IMG/VR virus record: IMGVR_UViG_3300045988_171089
From: a virus
Direction: 5' to 3' (one strand)
DNA: 64,000 bases
In this document: in pieces, positions 46,031 to 56,451 of the stretch
Position numbering within the stretch: position 1 is the first letter of the stretch
Layout of the letters: each line of letters starts with the position of its first letter
The notes under the pieces: model-generated
Told to the model about the DNA's origin: nothing
Seen by the model: the letters and a program-made list of their open reading frames with translations, nothing else
The model's database searches: none
Position numbers and translations under genes: made by a program

Positions 46031-46462
46031 TTAGTTACGTACATAGAACTTGGAGTACGTGTTGTGGGCTACGATTTCGCCGTCGCGCGCCTTATGGTTC
46101 TCGCGACCGTCACAAATCATGTCGTCACTCTCAACGTCCAGCTTATATGCTTGGTCTAGGTTATCTACCCGTTTAGCGTCGCCTACCCAGTGAGTCCACC
46201 CCTCGTCGGGGTTGTCGTACTTACCGGCTTCACGCCAATCTAGACCGCCGTCCTCCCAGTGTGGGTCTTGACGACTACATACGCCTTTACCGTCGGGGCA
46301 GGTGTAGTACTCGGTACTGTACCATGTGTAGCTAGATGAGACGTTACGAACCTCAACATTGACTCGCGTCTCGTTGATGTTCACTTCACACAGGTTAGGG
46401 GTATCACACCCGGTCAGTAGTACTATGGGTAGTGCTACTAAGGTGGCTAGTTTCTTACGCAT
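46031..46462 (-). CDS. exported Cys-containing lipoprotein, family member 3 of 3
   Basis: Signal peptide with lipobox LLTGC; see 32983..33429. Confidence 0.55.
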   Translation of the reverse strand: MRKKLATLVALPIVLLTGCDTPNLCEVNINETRVNVEVRNVSSSYTWYSTEYYTCPDGKGVCSRQDPHWEDGGLDWREAGKYDNPDEGWTHWVGDAKRVDNLDQAYKLDVESDDMICDGRENHKARDGEIVAHNTYSKFYVRN

Positions 46463-46503
46463 ATAGTGTTACTCCATGCTCTTCTATGGGGTCTGGGTTA
46501 TAG

Positions 46504-47028
46504 TTACGATTGCTCTAGGGTTTTAAGGTGTGCGAGTGATACTAGGGCATTAACGCTTTCTGCAAGAATAACCCATGCTAGACCAATAAGGTTTAGGAGC
46601 AAGGAGATACCCCAAAAACCCAAGGTTCCGCCATTTGCGGAAGATATTACACCAAAGGCTCCAGTTACAATAACATTCATAATAAACCCTAGTCCTACAA
46701 CTGCCCACATACCATCTTCGTTTTTAAATACGCAGATAGTAGACTTATTGTTTCGGCAACCTATAAAGTTCACAACACCCCAATCAAGAAGCACCCAAAC
46801 AAAAATCATTAGCGGGGCAAAGATAAGCAATAAGGCGGACGTTATAGCCTGAAACACTGGGAGGTCTTCTCTATTCATATACTCTCCGTAGTCCACAATA
46901 TAACCTGGACGCTCAAACCCAGCCTTACCTTCATTCCACAGTAGGGCTGTGTACTGGTTTACGGGCTGGTCTTTATTCTGTTGAATAATGATGTTTTCTA
47001 GGTGCTCTTGTGGGGTAAGTTTCCGCAT
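46504..47028 (-). CDS. membrane protein (174 aa)
   Basis: Several TM helices. Confidence 0.5.
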   Translation of the reverse strand: MRKLTPQEHLENIIIQQNKDQPVNQYTALLWNEGKAGFERPGYIVDYGEYMNREDLPVFQAITSALLLIFAPLMIFVWVLLDWGVVNFIGCRNNKSTICVFKNEDGMWAVVGLGFIMNVIVTGAFGVISSANGGTLGFWGISLLLNLIGLAWVILAESVNALVSLAHLKTLEQS

Positions 47029-47054
47029 TGTGGGGTTCCTTTTTAGGTGAGTGG

Positions 47055-47618
47055 TTACCGTGCTAGTAGTTCCTTGATGTATGCTTCGTCGTCTAGCTTG
47101 TCTAGTTCTTTGTATTCGCCCTGAATTTCATTGTATGCCTTGAGGGTTTCGTGGCTGAGGTTCAGGTCGGTGTCGTCTACATTGGGTAGCGCGTTGATGC
47201 GTTGTACGTTGCTAATTAGGGATTTGGTGGCGGCGGTGAGGCGCTTGTTGCGTAGGGCTTCGTTGAGTTTGGTTGCGGCTTCTTGTCCGGCGCGTACCAT
47301 TTCGGTTGGCTGTTCAACGGTTTTTTCCTGTGCGGGGATGATTTGCTTGTCTAGTACCTTTGCGGTGCGGATTAGGTCGCTCTTGTAGGGATTGGTGCTT
47401 TCGTTGCCGCCTATGGCGCGCAGGGCTTCGATAATTTCTTCGAGGTCTTGACGGGTTGCCGTTAGGGTTGCTTTCGCCTGATACTGTAGGGCAATGTTGA
47501 TACCGTTTGCTTTGTTGATTTTTTTGAGCTCACGGTTTATCTTGCGGTCGCTGAGCATGAGGCGGATTCCTTTACGGGCGGGCTTTGAGGTGTTGAACAT
47601 TGGGCGTGTTCCTTCCAT
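47055..47618 (-). CDS. hypothetical protein (187 aa)
   Basis: ORF track. Confidence 0.5.
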   Translation of the reverse strand: MEGTRPMFNTSKPARKGIRLMLSDRKINRELKKINKANGINIALQYQAKATLTATRQDLEEIIEALRAIGGNESTNPYKSDLIRTAKVLDKQIIPAQEKTVEQPTEMVRAGQEAATKLNEALRNKRLTAATKSLISNVQRINALPNVDDTDLNLSHETLKAYNEIQGEYKELDKLDDEAYIKELLAR

Positions 47619-47634
47619 TAGGGGGGTCTGTTGT

Positions 47635-47985
47635 TTAGGGAATGTAGATAGTGTAGGTGTCGCTTTTTCCTAGATTTTCGAGGCGTAGGGCATGTTTGGC
47701 TAGTGCCTTGTAGTAGGCTGTTCGTCCGCGCTTATTCCAGCGGCGGGCGGCTCGACCTTCCTGTGTGATGGTTTTGATAGCGCCCAGCATAATATTTTGT
47801 GCATTTTGGCGTACCTGTGGGTATTCGGTGGTCATGATTACGGTTGAGGCACGCTTTTCCATGCAGGACAGTAGCCAGCCTACCTCTGGGGTAATGAGGC
47901 GGTTTAGGTTGTGTCCGCTTAGGGCGGGCTTACCGTAGTCTTTACTGTTGATTTTGGCGATAAGTTCTTGAATGTCCTTGTTCAT
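47635..47985 (-). CDS. hypothetical protein (116 aa)
   Basis: ORF track. Confidence 0.5.
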   Translation of the reverse strand: MNKDIQELIAKINSKDYGKPALSGHNLNRLITPEVGWLLSCMEKRASTVIMTTEYPQVRQNAQNIMLGAIKTITQEGRAARRWNKRGRTAYYKALAKHALRLENLGKSDTYTIYIP

Positions 47986-48341
47986 TGCTAGGTCTTTCCT
48001 TTCCTGTTGTGTGGCACTCTTCTTCTATATGGGTGCGTACTGATTATACCACCTTCGGGTGGTTTTACCCGCCTATTTGGGGTGATGTTATATGGGTGTG
48101 GGTTTGCCCCGCGTGTACCTTACGGATTGCACGCGGGGCGGGTGACTAATTGGGGCTAGTCTTCCTTGTATGCGCCGTCAATGAAGATAATGCCTTCGTC
48201 AATGCTTTCAATAGCCCAAAGCTACAGGTTGCCCCTATTGCGCCCAGGGTTCTAGGCACTCAACCACCCGAAATTAGCACCACCCAAAGCCCCTAGCGGC
48301 TAATTCCTTTAGCTACTAGGGGCTTTTTAGATAAATGCTTA

Positions 48342-48797
48342 CTAAGAGCCGTGCGCCTCATGTGCCTTATGGTATTCTTCAATGTCAGCAATGACTCCAA
48401 GACCTGAAACCATTGCCAGGATTCGCCCCAGCACCTGTGTAACAGTCTGGTCAATCACAATAGCACCATCAGAAGTAGACTCAGTGTTCTTAGGGCTAAC
48501 AAGGCACGCAATAGCACCCTCGGAATGATAACCCCATGAGGTGTCCTCGTCGTAGGTGTCGTACCCGTCGGTATCCCAAGTAATTTCTATAGGAGTGTCT
48601 TCAACCTCAAAGCAGATGCGGTTAATCTTATCAAGGCGCGGTAGGGTTACCTTGGTCTTGCTACTGTCTAGCTCAGATGCCCTGTGGAGTAGAATGATTT
48701 CATTAATGATGATGCCTGCGGGTCGCGGACTCGACAGATAGGTAACGAAACCTACCTTCTTGTTTCCGTATTCCATGATTCCCAGAGTCATGACCAT
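48342..48797 (-). CDS. hypothetical protein; start moved to ATG 48797
   Basis: ORF track 48342..48911; SD AAGAAAGGGG before 48797. Confidence 0.45.
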   Translation of the reverse strand: MVMTLGIMEYGNKKVGFVTYLSSPRPAGIIINEIILLHRASELDSSKTKVTLPRLDKINRICFEVEDTPIEITWDTDGYDTYDEDTSWGYHSEGAIACLVSPKNTESTSDGAIVIDQTVTQVLGRILAMVSGLGVIADIEEYHKAHEAHGS

Positions 48798-48841
48798 ACC
48801 CCTTTCTTGTGGGTGCTTGATGTTGTGGTTACTATGTAACG

Positions 48842-49306
48842 CTAGATGGATTCGCCAGAGATAGGCGTTAGGTGCTCTAGAAGGTTCGACCATTCCATAT
48901 TGCCCGCCCATTCCATAATGTGCCTGCGGGTATCCTCAAGGGTCTTACCGCGCCCCTGAAGCCTCTTAGCCAGGTAGGTGTCGTAAATGATGCACCACCA
49001 ATCCCACGACCCCTCTACGGGCGATTCCGTAAGTGCTTCTGCAAGTTCACCCGTAGTACAGTCGGTAAGCGCCTTATGAATCAAGGCGAACTGTGCCTCT
49101 CGAACATCCTTAGCGGTAGAGTCGCTAGGTAGTTCAGTGTCGATAAGTTGCCACGCCCCATGTAGGTTGCGGTCAGCCGTTATGCCGCGCGGCGTGATAG
49201 CCATTAGCTTATAGGTATCGCCCTTGGTTTCTACGGGTGCTAGGGCGTTCAGGAATACATCTAGGGCTTCCTGACTAGGTGCCCCGTTGCTAGTGAAGAT
49301 GGGCAT
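48842..49306 (-). CDS. hypothetical protein; start moved to ATG 49306
   Basis: ORF track 48842..49387; SD AAGAGGAAACC before 49306. Confidence 0.45.
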   Translation of the reverse strand: MPIFTSNGAPSQEALDVFLNALAPVETKGDTYKLMAITPRGITADRNLHGAWQLIDTELPSDSTAKDVREAQFALIHKALTDCTTGELAEALTESPVEGSWDWWCIIYDTYLAKRLQGRGKTLEDTRRHIMEWAGNMEWSNLLEHLTPISGESI

Positions 49307-49414
49307 AATGGTTTCCTCTTTCTGTGTTGCTAGAGTTGAAAATGGGTGCCCATATAGGGGGTGGTGCATAGTGAAAGTATGTACCATCCCCTATATGCTT
49401 GCATAGTTTAGGTA

Positions 49415-49798
49415 CTAGTGTGCTCGCCAATCCATGCGCTCACGTGTCGCCTTATCAACATTCTTTACAAGCTTATCAATCTTCTTGCCCCAGATGGTAG
49501 TTATCATGCCGCGCTTGTTCGGGTGAAGAGCCATATGACGGATAGGGTTAGGGTCAGTGAGAGCCTTGTTTAGCTCGATAATAAGGTTAGTCGCTTTCTT
49601 AATGAGGTTAAGGTGCTTATTGGCAATCTTATTTGCTTCACGCTCACCCTCCACGGTCAGCGTGTCATCACCCTTAGCGTCATTAATGTAAACAGCCAGG
49701 AGGAAGTTACCTTCCTTGAGGACGTTGAGGGCGCTCATAACGCGGTCAATATCTGAGAGAAGCAGGTCAGCAAGCTTATTCTTAGTAATAACGGACAT
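49415..49798 (-). CDS. hypothetical protein (127 aa)
   Basis: ORF track. Confidence 0.5.
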   Translation of the reverse strand: MSVITKNKLADLLLSDIDRVMSALNVLKEGNFLLAVYINDAKGDDTLTVEGEREANKIANKHLNLIKKATNLIIELNKALTDPNPIRHMALHPNKRGMITTIWGKKIDKLVKNVDKATRERMDWRAH

Positions 49799-49901
49799 GA
49801 TATAGTTTTCCTTTTCTTGTTTAGTAGTTGTTTGGTCTGTTAGCCCCGCCCCTGTGGTTAGGGGCGGGGTGCTAAGGGGGGCGGACTAGTTGAGCGGCTT
49901 A

Positions 49902-50219
49902 CTACTCTTCATCTTCATCTTCATCATCCCAGTATTCGTCTTCGTCTTCCTCAATTTCAGCGGTCAGATAACCTTCTTCCCAGTTGATTTCAAGGTCGTA
50001 ATAACCGTTCTTAATGAGGGCGCGCTCTTCGTCATAGGAACCGTTCACCTCAACCTCGACCGACTCAACGGATTCACCGTCTTCACTCCAGCGTGCGAGG
50101 ATATTGAGCCAATGGTTGCTGTTTTCGTAAATCTGGCTGGTACGGATTTCGTAACCCGCTTCGATTGCCTCGATAACTTCCTCGTGGTTCTTGAGTTCAA
50201 AGTATGCCATGATGGTCAC
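49902..50219 (-). CDS. hypothetical acidic protein (105 aa)
   Basis: ORF track. Confidence 0.5.
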   Translation of the reverse strand: MTIMAYFELKNHEEVIEAIEAGYEIRTSQIYENSNHWLNILARWSEDGESVESVEVEVNGSYDEERALIKNGYYDLEINWEEGYLTAEIEEDEDEYWDDEDEDEE

Positions 50220-50396
50220 CCTTCCGGTAGATAGGTAGTGGACTAGCTCTAGGGTGGTTTCCCCGTCGCCTTATATAACTATCATACCACACCCTAGCGG
50301 GTATGCAAGTCAGAATCATGTGAACCTAGTCACATTAGACCCTCTATAGGGAAAGACCCCCTATAAGCATTTCCTTATAGAGGGTCTTTCTTGCTC

Positions 50397-50684
50397 TTAG
50401 CTTTCCGCTTCTTCTGATAGCGAGTTTACAGCCCGCCCCTTCTCCCTAAGCTCATCATAGTACCGCATGGCATAACCAACGTAGGCGACGAATACAAAGA
50501 AGTAAACCTTGGTTACATAGATGATAACATTATTGACCACCGATAGGGCAGGGTCAGTTACCCAAGTTATAAAGATTGAGCTGATAACCATCAATGCAAG
50601 TAGTGTCGTGAATGTGTGGAGCATCTTACCGACCGGCGCGTTCTTACTGAATTTCCAACGCACACCACAACGGTGCGCGAACAA
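50397..50684 (-). CDS. small membrane protein (95 aa)
   Basis: ORF track; TM helices. Confidence 0.45.
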   Translation of the reverse strand: MFAHRCGVRWKFSKNAPVGKMLHTFTTLLALMVISSIFITWVTDPALSVVNNVIIYVTKVYFFVFVAYVGYAMRYYDELREKGRAVNSLSEEAES

Positions 50685-50756
50685 GAATACACCTACGGTA
50701 ATTAGTGCAAGGATAGCTACGCTAATAATGTTCGGAATGTCTATTTGGTGTGATTC

Positions 50757-51128
50757 CTACTCTTCCTCTGCTAGTTCTGCGAGATGCTTATCTAGCTCTT
50801 TCTCCATCTCTTCCGTAGTGTACTTTATACCAGAGGCATACCCGAGCATAAAACCAATAACCACGCCATAGGCAAGCATGGCAAGCAAGTTAATAGCTTC
50901 ACCTACGCCACCAAGCCCGTTAGCCTCGAGCCAATGGCGGAAAATAATCCTGGCGATAAGAATAAGGTTGATAAAGGGTACGACATAGAGGCATTTATCT
51001 AGTGTTGAGTTTTCACTGAACTTTAGGGAAACATTATTCTTAACGCATCCCACAAGCGATACTATAAGCCCTAGTGCAACAAAGGTAATGCTGAATACAT
51101 CACCTGATGTTAGGTGTAGTTCATTCAT
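50757..51128 (-). CDS. membrane protein (123 aa)
   Basis: ORF track; TM helices. Confidence 0.5.
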   Translation of the reverse strand: MNELHLTSGDVFSITFVALGLIVSLVGCVKNNVSLKFSENSTLDKCLYVVPFINLILIARIIFRHWLEANGLGGVGEAINLLAMLAYGVVIGFMLGYASGIKYTTEEMEKELDKHLAELAEEE

Positions 51129-51151
51129 GGTTCAGGTTTCCTTACTGTTTC

Positions 51152-51418
51152 TTAGCGGTCTTCGTCTAGACACCAACACTCATTATTGATGCAGTCTTCT
51201 TCGTCTTCTTCGAGCTTGCAGGTGTTGCCGGTGACAGTGGCGTAGAACGTGCGGTGGTATTCGTATTCCCCGAGGGTGTTTTCGTAGGTGACGAAGACCT
51301 TAATGGGGCTTCCTTCACCGTCGATAGGCTTACCGATTTCAATTTCGATAATGCGGTTATCCTTGTTTGAGTATTCGCTCTTGATTGCTTCTTCAATAAG
51401 GGTTGTAGTGGTGCTCAT
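51152..51418 (-). CDS. hypothetical protein (88 aa)
   Basis: ORF track. Confidence 0.45.
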   Translation of the reverse strand: MSTTTTLIEEAIKSEYSNKDNRIIEIEIGKPIDGEGSPIKVFVTYENTLGEYEYHRTFYATVTGNTCKLEEDEEDCINNECWCLDEDR

Positions 51419-51518
51419 TGGGCTCAGGTTCCTCTCTAAGGGACTTTCTATGGATTAACTAGTACTTGTTCCCCCTATACGGTTATTGCGCCTTATAGGG
51501 GGTACTAGGGGCTTTGGG

Positions 51519-51845
51519 TTAGATTTCCCATTCGCCGCTACTAATAGATACGGTGCCGGTCACCCAGTCGATTGACTCGAAGGCGGCGTTATAGTCACCA
51601 CCGAAACCGCTAAGGATATTATATGCATCGAAGCTGTCGCCGCGTAGTTTAATCTTGAACTTTTCGCCGCCTGCAAGAACGGTCATGCGCGCCTTGGAGG
51701 TCTTAGCGTCGGGCTTGAAGCTGGGGAGGTGTAGCTTAACCTTGAGCTTGCTAACTAGCGGCTTATTACCTTGTGCAATGAGCTGGGTGAGTCGCTTAGG
51801 GGTGTTGAAATAGAACTCTAGCCCGTAAAATTCCATGATGCCCAT
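51519..51845 (-). CDS. hypothetical protein (108 aa)
   Basis: ORF track. Confidence 0.5.
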   Translation of the reverse strand: MGIMEFYGLEFYFNTPKRLTQLIAQGNKPLVSKLKVKLHLPSFKPDAKTSKARMTVLAGGEKFKIKLRGDSFDAYNILSGFGGDYNAAFESIDWVTGTVSISSGEWEI

Positions 51846-51941
51846 GATGGTTACATTCCTTTCAATGTGTGTTGTAAAAAGGGGTTCCGGTTTCCCCTGT
51901 AGTGCTTGTTTACTACAGGAGAAACCGCTTAGGGGTTTGGT

Positions 51942-52337
51942 TTAGAACCAGCCGGTATCCTGCGGGAAATTCTCGATATTGATGTACAGGTAGAATCCGG
52001 CGGTGTCAAACTCTGCATTGTAGCCAACAAGGTTATGAACGTCCATTAGGTCGTAGATTGCGGCTTCACCACGGTCGGGGTACTGCAAGTAAGCGGATAC
52101 CTCATACGACTCACCCTTATACTCGATTTCCAACGGTACACCATTGCCGTCGTGGAAGGTGAAGCGCCGCTTCTTATCGTCCGGCGTGTAGGTGGTGGTT
52201 ACATGCTTTGCGTTCTCAACAATGAAGTCACGCACATCCTTTTCAGCCATGCCGGGCACAATATCAACGAGGGCGTGGAACTCAACGCCGCCGGGAAAGT
52301 TGATTACGGATTCGCGGATGGTGTTCATGATTAGCAC
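51942..52337 (-). CDS. hypothetical protein (131 aa)
   Basis: ORF track; conserved leader and promoter upstream. Confidence 0.5.
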   Translation of the reverse strand: MLIMNTIRESVINFPGGVEFHALVDIVPGMAEKDVRDFIVENAKHVTTTYTPDDKKRRFTFHDGNGVPLEIEYKGESYEVSAYLQYPDRGEAAIYDLMDVHNLVGYNAEFDTAGFYLYINIENFPQDTGWF

Positions 52338-52506
52338 CTTTCAGTAGATAGATAGTGAAAGTAGTAGTAGAGGTTTCCCTCTTGCTTATATAACTATTAT
52401 GACACAACCGTTAGGGGTATGCAAGTTAGAATAATGTGAATTACCTCACATAGGGGCTAGGGGTGAGACAGGGTTAGGGGGATTACTCGCCCTATTTGCA
52501 AAATAC

Positions 52507-52968
52507 CTAAATGAATGTAATGCTCATGCGTTCCTTATCGAACTTAACGGGTTGCTCAGTCTGATTTTCCATCATCTCACGGAAACGTTCTGCCTGTTCG
52601 CCTTCCTTGACATGGATAAGTGCTGAAATATCATAATTATATGCATAGTAATAATCATGAACCTCGGCGGCAATGAAGCAATGGTCATCAGGGTTGTTCG
52701 GGTTGCTACTATCAAGTAGTGCAATTTCAAATACCTCAAAACCCTCGGGGATTTCATGGCTTTCCGTAAGGCTGTGGAAGCCAAGGTATTTATAGACATT
52801 CTGGTTGCCAAATTCTTCCATAACGCCAATATGGGTGATATTGTCTGCAATGAGGTCTGCGAGGTATTCAGTGGGAAGCGAGTCATACAGGGGGTCGCCC
52901 CATTCGCGCATAGGATTGTAAAAGAGTGAGCAAGTTCCGTGATAGCCCTGCATCTTATAGGTTTCCAT
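52507..52968 (-). CDS. hypothetical protein (153 aa)
   Basis: ORF track. Confidence 0.5.
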   Translation of the reverse strand: METYKMQGYHGTCSLFYNPMREWGDPLYDSLPTEYLADLIADNITHIGVMEEFGNQNVYKYLGFHSLTESHEIPEGFEVFEIALLDSSNPNNPDDHCFIAAEVHDYYYAYNYDISALIHVKEGEQAERFREMMENQTEQPVKFDKERMSITFI

Positions 52969-53062
52969 GAATGTCTTTCCTTTCTGAAAGTAACGGGGTT
53001 AGGGGATTCCCTAACCCCTATCTTCCATTCAGATAAACGTTAGGGGTGTTATGGGTTGCTGT

Positions 53063-53467
53063 TTAGCGGTATTCTACGCGCTCATTTTCCCAATATAGGG
53101 CGACGGTACAGAAGATAATACTCTGTGCTTCCTCGTCAATGTCTCGCACCAGAACGGTTCCTCCTGATACGTTACGGGTTGCCATGTACTCAATAAGCTT
53201 CGGGTCTTCACTAAGTACCGCAATTTCGCCGGTAATCCGCTCATATGTTTCATCATTGCTTACAGACAGGCGGAAGTCGTCTTCGTTGAGTAGGATTCCG
53301 TCGTAGCGTTCCTTCTCTTCGTTCCAGCGGACAATGAAACAGGCAATATAGGTGCCCTTGAATACCTGGGCGACTTCCTCGAAAGTGAACCCGTCGATTG
53401 AGTCTGGAGTGAACCGGAAGAAAATGCCGTTTGTTTCGTACTTTTCGGTGTAGTTAATATTGTTCAT
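53063..53467 (-). CDS. hypothetical protein (134 aa)
   Basis: ORF track. Confidence 0.5.
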   Translation of the reverse strand: MNNINYTEKYETNGIFFRFTPDSIDGFTFEEVAQVFKGTYIACFIVRWNEEKERYDGILLNEDDFRLSVSNDETYERITGEIAVLSEDPKLIEYMATRNVSGGTVLVRDIDEEAQSIIFCTVALYWENERVEYR

Positions 53468-53548
53468 TGTTGGTGTCCTTTGTTGCGTATAGGGTTACCC
53501 CCCTATGGTGGGTAGAAACCATAGGGGGGGTGGTACTGGGGGTTTGGG

Positions 53549-54067
53549 TTACTCAGTACCCAGCACTTCGTTGCCCTGTCGCTTGGTGTCTTCGTAGCGG
53601 TGCATGAGGGTGACGAACTCACGCTCGAAGATGCGTGCCTTCTTCTTGTGTGCGTTCAGGGCGGCGGTGAGGCGTGCTACCTTCATTTCTTCGAGGTTGG
53701 TCATACCCTTCTCTTCGTAAGGTTCGGTAGCGAAGTCGCCGCTACGGATTTCCTTAATGTCGTCGGTTGCAACCACGCGGTAGAGGTTTACACGGTTTGC
53801 GAACTTGTGGAGGTCGGTTACAAGCTGGCTGGATTCGATAGAGTGCCCCAGCTTGTCATCACTGAAAATGTCGCCGTCGATAGTGTCTGCAAAGCCCTTG
53901 CCGTAAGAGCGAATCATCACGTCCAACTGCATACGGTTAGGCTGGCGCTGGAATACGTTAGCGTGTGCGCGGCTCATGATTTCCCAGTCAGCCATACGCT
54001 TCAGGGCTTCAGCACCAATACGGTCGGTGAGGGTGTTGATGGTGTCGTTCAGGTTTGCGGTGGTCAT
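53549..54067 (-). CDS. hypothetical protein (172 aa)
   Basis: ORF track. Confidence 0.5.
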   Translation of the reverse strand: MTTANLNDTINTLTDRIGAEALKRMADWEIMSRAHANVFQRQPNRMQLDVMIRSYGKGFADTIDGDIFSDDKLGHSIESSQLVTDLHKFANRVNLYRVVATDDIKEIRSGDFATEPYEEKGMTNLEEMKVARLTAALNAHKKKARIFEREFVTLMHRYEDTKRQGNEVLGTE

Positions 54068-54217
54068 GATGTCCAGCCTTCCAGTTGGTAGATAGTGAAC
54101 TGTGCTCTAGGGGTTATCCCCTTGCTTATGTAATTATTATGACACACCCCTAACCCCTACGCAAGCTGAAACTGTGTGAAATAGCTCACATGGGGGTTAG
54201 GGTGGTGAGTCATAGGG

Positions 54218-54655
54218 CTAAAGCAATTCCCTGGCGGCAGGCACAAACTTAGCCGTGAACGCTAGAATCAAACTGTAACCGATAGCAAAGTTTGTAACAT
54301 AAGAAGCAATTACAAGAGGAGGTGCAATGAGTATATTACCCAGCCCAACGCAACCCAGCGCCCCAAGAGTTATCGGGGTAAGGGTAACAAATGAAAGAAT
54401 GGCAACCAAAAAAGCTAGGAATAGTGAAGTAAACCCAAGAAGTTTAAACTTACCCCCCCCCGCCTTATCATCAACCAAAAAAGCTAGGCACCCAAATAGG
54501 GCGACGACTAGACCGGGAATTACAAAAACAAGCCATGCAAGAAAATTCATGGGGAAACTTGCAGGGTGTACAGTAGTTACAGCATCTATCAATATGTTCA
54601 TACGGTATATGATGCCCGAAAAGCACTTATGGGCGCTAGGTATAGTACCTAACAC
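54218..54655 (-). CDS. membrane protein (145 aa)
   Basis: ORF track; TM helices. Confidence 0.5.
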   Translation of the reverse strand: MLGTIPSAHKCFSGIIYRMNILIDAVTTVHPASFPMNFLAWLVFVIPGLVVALFGCLAFLVDDKAGGGKFKLLGFTSLFLAFLVAILSFVTLTPITLGALGCVGLGNILIAPPLVIASYVTNFAIGYSLILAFTAKFVPAARELL

Positions 54656-54679
54656 CCATAAGGGGGGGATGGGGGGGTA

Positions 54680-54979
54680 TTAGCCCTGAAGCTTTTCCAG
54701 GTGCTTAATGAACGCCCGCGCTACTCCATTCGCCTGCATGTCGATAAGTTCGCCACCCTTACCCCAGCCGTATGCGGCGAGCTTGCAGTTTTCGTTATCG
54801 CCCTTGATTACCTCTACTTCCAGGGTAATATCTGCAAAATCGGTGCGGACATGGCACTCGCCAATGGACTCTGCGGGGTTGAACTTTGATACGTGCTCTT
54901 CCAGCTTGTCAATGCCACGGATTGCGCGGTTAGGAACCATGATAATAACTTCGTGGTTTGCGTTGGTCATGATTAGCAC
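54680..54979 (-). CDS. hypothetical protein (99 aa)
   Basis: ORF track. Confidence 0.5.
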   Translation of the reverse strand: MLIMTNANHEVIIMVPNRAIRGIDKLEEHVSKFNPAESIGECHVRTDFADITLEVEVIKGDNENCKLAAYGWGKGGELIDMQANGVARAFIKHLEKLQG

Positions 54980-55152
54980 CTTTCGGTAGATAGTGGACTG
55001 TTTGAGGGGCTAAGCCCTCGGTACACTTCTATTATGGCACACCTATAACCCTTGTGCAAATCTAAATCACGTGAAATAGGTCACATAGGGGTTAGTCGTA
55101 GGGGGTTACCCATAATAAGGGTGAAACACAGCGGAATATATATGTTTAGCGC

Positions 55153-55890
55153 CTAAAAGAACAGGTCATCATCATAATCACCCTCAAAGGCACCCAGCAA
55201 CACCTGATACACACGAAGCGTTTCCTTACATGCTTCCAGGTGCTCATCACTCAAGGCGGCGTAGGATACCGGGCTAACATACCCCAGAATCATTTGGGGT
55301 ATGAACACATCACCGTAGAAACTTTCTTCTTCTGAGTAATATTCTACAGCTTCTTGAATGTACTTACCTTTACGTTCGTTGAGTGTCCCGTCTGGGTTGA
55401 ATTGCTCTGAGTAGAAACGCGGCGGTTCGTCGCTGTCAAAATCTTCCTCCGCCGGGTCTGTAATGAACCGCGAATAGCACGAGTCCGCTTGACGTATTAG
55501 CTCATCTTCCGGGATTCCAGTATTTCGGGAAACCTCACCAACCGTAAGCAAAGTACCGCTAAAGAACGCAGGGATATTACCCGATAGGTGGTCCACACGC
55601 CCAGCCTGCATCTCATGCTTACAGTAGTTGATGCGTGCTTCAAGAATCTCACGGCTAGGTAGCGCCTTCAGCAACTCCAGGGCATCATATGGTGCCTTAC
55701 GATAGTCGGGGTATGTTCCCCAGTCTAGGGCTTCCTCGATAGCCTTCAATCGCGGGTCTTTAGTGGGTTCATATGCCCTCATAGTGTTATACACAAGGTT
55801 AGCCACTCGCAATAGGTCTGCGGGCGGGGTGACCGTTTCAGGTGTGACTTCTACCCAGGTAGGCTCTTCTTTGTCGCTCTTCTTGGGCAT
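55153..55890 (-). CDS. hypothetical protein (245 aa)
   Basis: ORF track. Confidence 0.55.
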   Translation of the reverse strand: MPKKSDKEEPTWVEVTPETVTPPADLLRVANLVYNTMRAYEPTKDPRLKAIEEALDWGTYPDYRKAPYDALELLKALPSREILEARINYCKHEMQAGRVDHLSGNIPAFFSGTLLTVGEVSRNTGIPEDELIRQADSCYSRFITDPAEEDFDSDEPPRFYSEQFNPDGTLNERKGKYIQEAVEYYSEEESFYGDVFIPQMILGYVSPVSYAALSDEHLEACKETLRVYQVLLGAFEGDYDDDLFF

Positions 55891-56115
55891 AGTGTTATTT
55901 CCTTCCAGGTGGGAAATGGTGGATTATGTGGCTAGATGGGTTTTCTAGCGCCTATGTAAGCCATTATGTCAGGCTTAACCGGGGGCGTGCAACTCTCAAA
56001 GCCAAACACGCCTAATTATACAGGTGCCCCGGTCTATAGGGGTACAGTAGCACCCCGCCCTGCATGTCTCACGCTAGGGCGGGGTGTTTGTCATAGGGTT
56101 ACCCCTATGGGGTGG

Positions 56116-56451
56116 TTACATGAAGGTCACACAGGGGACTTCGTTCACACCCAGGGTTACAGCCTGTGAATCAAAAGCAGGACTTGCAGGCTCTTCGATA
56201 AGAACATCAAGCCCAATGTACTTGGTGCACGCCTTATCGGTGAAAAGCTCAAGGGTTACACTGCTTACGCCATACTTATTAATCTTGTAGTAAAGAACCG
56301 TGTCGGGGGTAATACCCAGACCCATCATAACACGCTTGAAGATGTAGCTAAAGTTTTCGCGTCCATCGTAGTTTACATCTTCGAGTGCGTTCAGCATGTA
56401 AGACTTAGCGTTGCTCTCGGTGAAGATGTCCTGAATTGCGTAGGTGCTCAT
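56116..56451 (-). CDS. hypothetical protein (111 aa)
   Basis: ORF track. Confidence 0.5.
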   Translation of the reverse strand: MSTYAIQDIFTESNAKSYMLNALEDVNYDGRENFSYIFKRVMMGLGITPDTVLYYKINKYGVSSVTLELFTDKACTKYIGLDVLIEEPASPAFDSQAVTLGVNEVPCVTFM